Below are positions 54,641 through 64,000 of a DNA stretch of 64,000 nt, piece after piece. The notes under the pieces are model-generated. The model made no database searches and was not told where the DNA came from. It saw only the letters and a list, made by a program, of their open reading frames with translations. The translations under genes were made by a program, and so were the position numbers. Numbering within the stretch: position 1 is the first letter of the stretch; every line of letters begins with the position of its first letter. This stretch comes from Lama guanicoe (taxonomy: Eukaryota): contig MU053810.1 in the NCBI GenBank assembly GCA_013239625.1, positions 1,437,518 through 1,501,517 on the forward strand, given 5' to 3'.

Positions 54641-57600
54641 GTTTGGGACGTAGTCAGGCAGATTGAGAACATGATTGTGCTATAAATACAATAAACTACA
54701 CTAGAATTATTGTCTCTGGGAAGACGATCACCGCCCTCCCAAAATGCAGCTTGACTCATGGAACGCTTTATTATATCACATGTAAGAAAATTGCTGTGAC
54801 ATCTAATAAAAATTTAATTAGGGCTTGGATGATACCACATTTATGTAACCCGAAGTCATTAAATCCTTGAAATCTCTGAAATAAAATGAGGTTTGTTGGA
54901 AAGAGAATTTCATCTTAAGAAGGAGCAGCAGGAAAAATGAATAAGTTTCATTTATTTTATCAGTTTAGCCTGGGCAATAAAACGTTTGTAACATGATAAA
55001 GAAATAAACTACATGAGAGAAAAGGGCACTTAAAATAATGTCTTTGGTTTTCCTGCATTTTTTATTTTAAGCCAACATCACACCCTGAAGCAAAAGGAGT
55101 AATGGCTTCATTGTTCTCTTACCGAAAGGGAGACCAGGAATTAAAATAATGAACTGAGAAGAGAGTTGTTTTTCCTCGCTGTAATTAATTTTTATGGCTG
55201 TTTTCAAGATGAATTTTTATAGTGATTAAATGGTGCCCAGCGCACAGTAGGTGCTCAGTAAATCATAGTGAACCATGAGTTTTCTAACCTTTATTTGTAT
55301 TTAAGCAAACAAGGAAATAAGAACAAAGTATTTTTTCATAAAAACTTTGGAGCTCTCATCTCACTAAGAAACTTATAAAAGACGTGTTTATTTTCCTCCA
55401 GTATTCCTTTCAAGGCGAGTTAGAGTTTTTATCAACAGTTGTTTTATAAAATTGTTAGAAGACTTTAAAAGGACTCATTGTTATCATCTGTAACATGCTA
55501 CCCAGCAAGACATTCCTGAGCAGCTTGAAGTTAAAAAAAAAAATTAAAATATCCGTCTTATGCAAGTTTGAAATTAAAAACAGGAACAAGTTAAAACCAA
55601 TAAACCCTTCTTAGCTGTAGGTTATCTTTCAGGATAGATTATAAGTTTGTTTCTCTTAGTAATTGGAACATTGCTCCGTGCCTTTTGTGTGCGTGTGTGT
55701 GTCTGGAGGTGGGGCAGAGGGACGGGGAAATGAATGGGGAAGAAAGTGAAGATAAAAAATGACACAGTGTAGGTCTGGTTCTAATCATTTAAATCATGGA
55801 TATACCATAAGATAGGTACTTAGTTTGTGCTTTCTTAAATTATCTGTCCTATTTTAACTTTGGAATGCATTACGAAGACCAAAACAACAAAATGGCACAT
55901 TAGTGAATTTTGTTTCATAAAACATGCAGAAATGTTAATGTGACTATGAGTGCATCCATGTACAGTGATCCTTCGGCTTGTAATGGAACTTGTGTCATTT
56001 GTCATTGTCTATGTAAATAGTTTGTCAGATGCTTTCCTGTAAATCAGAAGCACAGGTCTCTATTTTTTAATGTTTTTTTAATTTTATTTCTTGTTCACTT
56101 AAGACTCAGTATTTAACATGACAAGATATTAGTAAAAAGTCACTAGCATAAAACCACTTAGTCTTTCCATCACTTGCATTTTTGTGAAACAAGAAGAAAA
56201 ACATAGTTATAATACAGTGAATTTATGTCACTTTTTAAAGTAAAACTTCCGGGCTTTCAATGCTCACTTACGTGTCTAGAATAGATCATGTAATGCTTTG
56301 TTAATGTATAAAATAATTCAAACAGCACAAATTTTTGATATTTTACATTTTTGTTAACTTCAGATCTGGAGTGTTTTCCAACGTGTAATAATAAATACAG
56401 CATTTGAAATATATCATCAAATATATTTAAGTCCCAATAAGGAGGACAAATCAGGTTGTTAGTTTCCTTAACTTAATGGAGGTTTTGGAACAGTTCTGAG
56501 ATGAGTAAGCTCAGATGACCTAAAGTCAATTATGTAGTCCTGTAGAGCAAAGATTGAAATATTGGACACGTATGAAACAACTCAGCTTGTAGCTTCCATC
56601 ACTACCAGAAGGCCCTCTGTGAGGTCTCCTCACATTTCCTTGCCTTTCTCTGAGTTCCTGCATGTACTGTGTGCACCTGCTAGTCTGCTGATCCGTTGTA
56701 CATTCCATTTAATCATCGCTGCCTGCCTAAGTCTTGTCTCTCTGGCGATTGCTCACCATTCTGCAAAGAGGGACCCGGGCATGGAGCCGAGTCAGTACAG
56801 GTGAACTGATTTCCTTTTTTTGACCATGGAAGTGAAGGGACTCTCTGTGCCTCCCTTTTCAGCAGGGGCAGTTTTGGTGGGGGTTAACTTCAGAGCTGAC
56901 CTTTGGTTTGCCTGCTGCTGGCTTCTCCTGACCTGCCGGTGGGCGCTCCCAGAGTGGGCAGGCCCTCCTGCCGCGTATGGGGCCTGGGTCACTGGCGTTG
57001 GGGGTGGTTGGGGGGAGCTGTGGTGGTGCTGGCTGGTAGCAGAGAGTGGAAGTAAGACCTGGATTGGAACTCAGCCCCACCACTTCTCGGGCTGTCAGTT
57101 GAGCACCTGCTTCATTGTTCTTCTTAGTTTCTTTCAATTCTGCACCAAAGGGTGAGCGGAAGATTTAAATGAATAATGTCTGCAGACTTACTAGGTTTTT
57201 TTAAGACCACTAGCTTTTGAGATAGCCCACAACTACGATAATAATAATGGCAGTGAGGGCATCTAATGTAATAAAGGTAGGACTCGTATCAGCAAACAAG
57301 AGAAATCTAACTTGAACTAGCTTAATCATAGCAGGGGATTTGGGAGGAGCCTCACAGAGCCCAAGAAGAACAGCGTGGCTGGGCCTCGTGGACCAGGGCT
57401 CCAGTCAGAGACTCTCTGTCTCTCTGTCATTCTTGCAGTCTGTGCCTCTCTAGTCAGGGAATCGGAGGTCCAGGAGTTGAAGAGCCTTGTTTAAGATGAC
57501 ACATAGTGAGATGGGTAAGAATCGATGCCTCCAAAGTGCAAAATTGGTCTGCCACAATTCTGTAGTGCACTTTCTCTCTAACCTTCTCCAATGATTTGTG

Positions 57601-58334
57601 TAAATTTGTGTAAGTTTCTTGATTCCATATATCCTTAGGTGAACTTTATCTAATTAACTATATTAATATTAATGATATATTAATATTATAAAACCAAAGC
57701 TTACACCATTGACTTTACTACCTTTTATACAGGAGCGTAAGTATTTTTTGTTCTAAATGAGCCTTTTCCAATAAAAACGTTTACTTATGACATCAGTTAA
57801 GATTGTTATTCACTACGAATACTGATTGTCTTTGGGTGAGTATTTTAAAAAAGAACAATTGGTAAAAATGTGTTTATCTTTCACTTGCAGTTTTTACACT
57901 GTCAATTTAGTGGTTTCCTTCAGTGATTCTTTTTATCCAGAATGGAGAGCAAAAAACAGATGACTCCAGAAAATATAAAAGCCTTCCATTACTCTAGGAG
58001 GCTTTTTTAACCATTAACTACATAATTTGGCTTCATATATGTTGCATTTAACACTGGTGACACTTTTGTTATTGTTCTGTTTTGGAGGTCAGATGGTGGA
58101 GGTGTGAACAGTCGCAGCTTGTTCAAACAGCTCTATTTGGATATTTAATTGGAATTTATATTCATGGTCCTTTTATGATTGAGATCCGAGGATAAGTTAA
58201 TACGATATAATTGCAGATTTTTACAATCTCTTGGTTGATTAGAAGAGTGGTGACAGATGCAAACTGGATGGTGGTGATCATGAGCGAATTCTGATGACTC
58301 TTGATGTTGTAAGTTTGAGCTAGAACTCCTCATA

Positions 58335-58620
58335 ACCAGAGCTTAAGATCATGGCTCTGCTACCTTCAGCTTAGAAACAAAGTAGAAATTTCCAGATGCT
58401 GCTCACAGGGCACCCCAAACACTGGACTGCATTTGATTCCCAGTCCCATTGATTACTCATTCTGTGATCTTGGTAAAGGCGCTTCCTCCTCAATTGCTCG
58501 ATTTTCTCAGCTGTAAAATTGCAGTGAAAGTGCTCACCTCTCCAGATATTTGTGAAGATTAAAATGTAAAACATGAAGCATCCTTAGAAGCCAGTCTGCA
58601 GCACAGGAAGTCCTCACTGA
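58335..58620 (+). mobile_element. MIR SINE
   Basis: CTGTGATCTTGGTAAAG...TTTTCTCAGCTGTAAAAT...TTGTGAAGATTAAAATG. Confidence 0.65.
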
Positions 58621-60074
58621 TGGCAGATACCACACATATTCAGCTGTCTCTTGTGCTCTTCCGAATGTAGACTTTAGACATACATCCATGTACTTTTTGG
58701 GTCACAAGTTAAGGTTAAATAATGTACTAGCATTTTGTGATAACCAAATTTGGACCAGTAGTCATCTGCTTCCATTTGCTTAAAAATAGCCATTCAGATC
58801 TTTCTAGAGTTTGAGTAGGCCAGGCAGTAGAGTTTTTTCAAAATGATTCTTGAGATAGAGGAATAATTGAAAACAAACCCAGGAAGTTGATAAGACTTTC
58901 AGAGATTCCAAAACCAGTTGTCAAGGCAAGATCAGACTGAGAACATCCTTTCCATTTTACAGGTATTAAGCTAAATTTAGCCCTGTAACTTAGCAAGTTC
59001 ACAGTTCCAAGACAGAGCGCCCTGAATAGTTCGCTTTGATAATAAAGATATAAATAGAAACACAGTTTATTAATAAATTATACGTCATTATGCCTTGAAC
59101 AACAATATATACATTTTATCCCTTGCTCTTTCATAAAGGGCCTTCTCATTTATATGGCATCATAAAAATTATCAAAAATAAAGTACTGTAAGAGGAGAGG
59201 AAGAACTGGCCTAGCCTCATAACGATACTGGATGTCATATATATAATGCTCTATGGTTGACGAGAATTTGGTGAGGAGCGTATGTAATTGGTATACAGTT
59301 TCATTTTTATTTTGGTGAAGCATTGAACATTACTGATTAGACATCTACCATCCATGTCATTGCTATTATCAAAGAACTGATTATGACAGGGAAACAGATG
59401 TCAGAAAGCAATTACACTAATAACAACATGATTACTGCCACCAATTTAATTCCAGAAACCTGCCTAGAATCCTTATGAAGGAAGTGATTTTCCCCAGCTG
59501 TACAGAAAAGGCATGGATCTGTTTCCCTTCCCCATCACAATTTAAAAGAAAATGTGCATTTGAATGTTTTTGATTCAAGGTACCTACCGTATATTGTAAA
59601 TAGCAACATCAGCTTTCAAATCCTTCCCTAAATATCAGATCTTTTTCAATGTAATTTATTTCCCAAAGCGTACTTTCAGAGATGGAGGGTTTTTTTTTTA
59701 AAGGTTTGTTTGTGTTTATCTGACCATGATCACAGTTTGGATTGTGTGCAACATGACAGAAACAAATCCTTGCTCCTTCTTTATTTTCCAGCTTACATAA
59801 GTCATTACCTTGTTGCTCAGTGTTGTCTTATTTTAGCTTTTTTTTTTTTACCTTTTCTCACTAAATTACAATATTTTCATATTTTGTGCTTTTCCTTATT
59901 TCTTCCCAGTTATAAAAGCAATCCCTGTTATGAATATTTTAGAAAATACAAAGTGGTCTATAGAGGAAGAATCTTGCCCATCTCTCAGTGGTCAGAAATG
60001 ACCATTATTAAAATTTGGTGTGTTTCTGTTTGTTTTTTTTTAATCCTATGTGTCTATCATCTTTGTTCCATCTA

Positions 60075-60262
60075 TTCTGGCTCCACCACTTACCAACTGT
60101 AGACTCAGACAGTTAGACCTCTGTGCCTACTTTTCTCATGTATAAAATGCGAATAATAGCTACCCCTACCTTGTAGGGTAACTTTGAGGATTCAATTAGT
60201 TAATTCCTGTAAAGCTTTGAGCAGAGTGCCTGGCACATAGTAAACTCTCAACAATTGCTAGT
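60075..60262 (+). mobile_element. MIR SINE
   Basis: GGCTCCACCACTTACCAACTGT...ACCTCTGTGCCT...TTGAGGATT...AGAGTGCCTGGCACATAGTAAACTCTCA. Confidence 0.8.
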
Positions 60263-63200
60263 GATTCATATTCCACATTGCTTATTCCTATCTTATTTGC
60301 CTGTACTGATATAGTGGCATGTATGTTATAAAATGAAACAAAATAGAAATTAAAATAATCAAGACACCCCAGTGGATGGTCTGCCAGGCCCCTACATTGG
60401 AGACCACTAGGGATAGGAAGTTGAAAATTTTCAGGGAAGAGAAATGACCATATTTACATATTTCTTCAGATGATTATATGTACTGTAAAGTTTCAGATTT
60501 GGGGTAGGACTCCAAAGTTATTTTGACAACTTGATACTAAGTGTAATTGATGTCTTCTTACTGAAAGGAGGTGATTTAAGGGCATCTTATGATGCTTTAC
60601 TTTGAAGCCTCTAAAATAATCACAGGCATATAGCAACAGGTTTAAACGCTAGGCTTCTTATTTAGAGTTGAGCTAAATTTACCCATATCCCACCCCTGCT
60701 TCTTTAGAAAAGCTTACTGACAATGGAAGCCCCCCAAAGCCTTGCTCTCTCTTGATTTCTCCCCTATTTCTCTCCTACCTGCTTGAACCTTGACCATTTA
60801 ACTATATATATGTTTTTTATATGTGTGTAACTCACAGCATAATGAACATCTTTAATAAATAACATACATGCTGGCTTCAATTCAAATGGACTGAAACCTA
60901 CAGTTCACAGATAATCTGCAAAGCCTGGTTCATTTAGAAGCTCTTTCCTGGGTTGAGCAAGGTCAATTAGAAGGTAGCAAAATATGTTACAAATTTAAAA
61001 GAAGGCGGGAGGTTGAAACTCGTGAATAGGCTTTCCCTCATGTATGGGCTAAAGGATATCTTTCTCAAAGTCGTGCATCCTTATTAATACATGCCATGAA
61101 CAGTACCCTTTTTACTTTGCTGCATAAAATCTTTTTACCCCTAATATCATGTTTATGTCATGTGATATAATTTAAATAAATCTGATAGAAGTAATTTTTA
61201 AAAAGTAGTGCAGAGCTGAGGTCTAAGTATATTGAGTGGTTATCATCAGAGATAAGTTCTCCAACAGCTTAATTTCTAAAAAGTTTTTATTCTTTTTTAT
61301 ATATGCTCCTTGTTAGTAATGCTGGTTACTTATGCCCACTTTTTTCTGCAAAACTTATATAACTCCTAATAGCTATGCAATTATATATTATGTCTGCCAT
61401 GGTTTGAGGGTTTTGGTTTCCCACCAATGTTATTTTAAAGCATATTTAGCGCAATTAAGTTACTTATGAAAATTATTTGAAAATAAAGTGTTCACGTGGT
61501 AAATATGGGGGTTTTGCTGCATTTTAGAGGATGGCAAATACATTTAAATAATAATTTTTTATGCTTCACAATTTAACACTACTGTTTTAACTTGACAGTT
61601 ATTTAATACTTTATTCTCATATTCTTTATTTGTAAAATTTCTTCTGGATTTCAAAGAGTCAACGATTGTTCTATCCAGAATATCTTCATAAGGACACCAT
61701 CCCTGGTAACACTGAGAACTTTCTATGAAGATATTTTCTAGGAGAGCAAGATAAAAGTTAGAAAACAAAAGAGGTGGGAAACGTGGGGAAAAAGTAATTA
61801 AAGAACAGATAAGGCAGAAAACACATTTGCGTAAGACGGAGGGCCCGACATCAGTTGTCTCCGTTTCTCTCCTGTAGAGTCTTGGATGACATGACTGTGA
61901 TGAGCTAAAGTATGATTTGTTTAGGAACAGATCTGATTCTTAATGGTGAAACTGGATTCACATCATAGCTTATTTTGTAAATTTGTTCTTGAACCAATGT
62001 TTTCGACCCCTGTGGTTGGAGAATTCCAGTCAAAATTACTAATACAAAATGCTGAGTTAAATTGTACTTTCACGGGTGCTGGCTGACGGCTGTGCATGAC
62101 AGGTTAGGGTCATGGCTACTGACCGGCTGTGATTAGCCCAGTCACGTGACCCACCGCTAACTGCCAACACTCCCAAGTAGAGGAGGGTCTTGCTTCCCGA
62201 AGGTTGTGGAAATGTGGCATTTTCTGTGCTGTTTTAAGGTCATATGCAGGGTCATTTATTATCTCCAAAATTCACAGCGTTCTGGACATTGGAACTAGGA
62301 AGATAAGCCCAGTTTGGTTTTCTTCCCAAATTTGCAGAATCTAACTGTGCCAGGAAATGTCTCACTTTGGTTTACTCTGGTTTGTCGTCTCTCATGTGTG
62401 ATGGGTGCTTGCTGGGACACAGTGCGGGTTCTTTCCCAGCAAGGTGACTGGTCCTGGATGGGCTTCCCTTGGAGAGCCTTCCAGTCTCACCCTGGGGGGC
62501 GAGTCCCTTGACCTCCTGAGCTTCACATTCCAGGTCTGTAGTGGAAGGCCCTCGCACCAATTCCGGATTTCTCAGCAGGTGTGCCGGAGCACAAGGCTCC
62601 CACAGGTGTCTGACAAATCGTAGTAAGTGTGTAGGATTTCTGTTTTGCTGTACCTTTGGAGAGGCAATTATGGTGACTACTTGTCAGATGAAGTGTTAAG
62701 CCGAGCTGTGCAGAGAAGGGGCAATTTATTGTAAGCAGACGGTAAAGAGTAATTTGAAGCCCTTGCCAAGGGAGGAACAGGTGTTTGTTAGAACCTGTGG
62801 GAACTCTTCTCCTGCGTGTCAGTCGTGGAGCCAAGCCCTCCAGTAAACAGTTCTCCTCCGTCAGTGACACCGTGTCTGCGGGGTGGAGAGTGTGACCAAG
62901 CCAACAGGGCTCCAGCTACTGAGGCTGTTTATTTAATTCCTTCAGCTCAATTCTCTTATTTCCAAAATATCCTGACCACACCAAAAATTTACCAAGTTGC
63001 AGGAGATTTTATGAGCCAGACCTCTCACGTCTCGCTGGGTATACCTCCAGAGGAGTGATGGCAACCACCCTAATGGGTAAATATAAACCTGATGGTCGTG
63101 CCAAAGGTGAGTAATTTGGATCTGGGTCGTGGCAGGAAAGCTATTTTTAGGGGAGGAGGAGGAGAAGTGAAAGGAAAAGAGCATTAATGATCTTTCTTCT

Positions 63201-64000
63201 TTATTTCCTTGTGACTTGGTATGTTTGCCATAGAAGATGAGAGAGGAGAGGGGAACGCGGGCTTTGTGAAGTGACTGAGTCTGGAGACAGGGGCAAGAAG
63301 AAAGGCAGGTCCTCCCGACAGGTGATGAATTAGTTTCTCACGTCTTTCAGCTTTTTGAAAGGACAGTTGTTAGTGATAAGAAATATTCTATTCATCTTTT
63401 CTTCATATATAATTTTTGTCTTTGTACAAATAAACCTTACTGTGAACAATTTTTGTCCACAAAATTATACATGAGGGTTTGGTTGGGTCCGTAGTAAGCC
63501 CTGAATGGCAGCCTTCCTTTATCTCCCCACACTTTTTCGGAGGGTCTGAAATCAGTTAGTCTTCAAGGAAACAAAAGTCAAGATGCGCAATGTGGGAAGA
63601 GGGAAGTGGAGAAAAAAGTGTCTTAGTGTCAGGTGCCCATCTGACACAGGTGTGACACGCCTCCCCACAAAAAGAATTTATTGGTCTTTTTGTTCCATTC
63701 TAGTTTAAGTTCTTACTGAAAATAATAAAGTGTTTTATAGCTTTTGCTCCAAATATTTCAATGAGCATGCTTTCTCTTTGGCCTGAGGGTAGAGAAGTTC
63801 ACATTATTTCAAACAGCAGATTTTCACATGTGGCAAAAATTATTCTGAGTAATAACTGTAAATACATGGCGCACACATCCTAGAAATTCAGAAGTACCAC
63901 TGTGGCCTTCATGCAGGCCTGCAGAACACATCTGGAGAATCTCTCATATAAGGCATTTTCTCAGGTGGAAAATGCCTGCCCAGAGTACATGTCTTAACTC

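Noticed and set aside
57977..58008. Hairpin plus T-run resembling an intrinsic terminator (AAAAGCCTTC...GGAGGCTTTTT)
   Set aside because: The context is a mammalian intron and such short hairpins arise by chance.
63626..63659. Short inverted repeat GTGTCAG...CTGACAC
   Set aside because: The stem is too short to support a miRNA or MITE, and there is no TSD.

Overview
Mammalian genomic DNA, most likely from a camelid, judged by a Vic-1-like tRNA-derived SINE at 43790-43942. The only protein-coding feature I can support is coding exon 1 of PLXDC2 (plexin domain containing 2; 38406-38517, + strand, signal-peptide region, phase-1 GT donor). It sits in a ~2.6 kb CpG island and is followed by the start of a large first intron that runs past the end of the window. 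The ~36 kb upstream is intergenic and transposon-rich. It holds a near full-length decayed L1, a nested L1/L1/MLT1 block, a compact two-LTR ERVL-like provirus remnant with an intact 5-bp TSD, and MLT2, L2 and MIR fragments and microsatellites. I see no evidence of a novel multi-gene system. The most interesting items are a chimeric L1 retrocopy with a paradoxical nesting order, an unexplained insert and a micro-inversion inside an MLT2 LTR, the ERVL remnant near the promoter, and a few CpG-retaining motif clusters that may be enhancers. Repeat families were assigned from remembered consensus sequences, and their boundaries are approximate unless a TSD is quoted.
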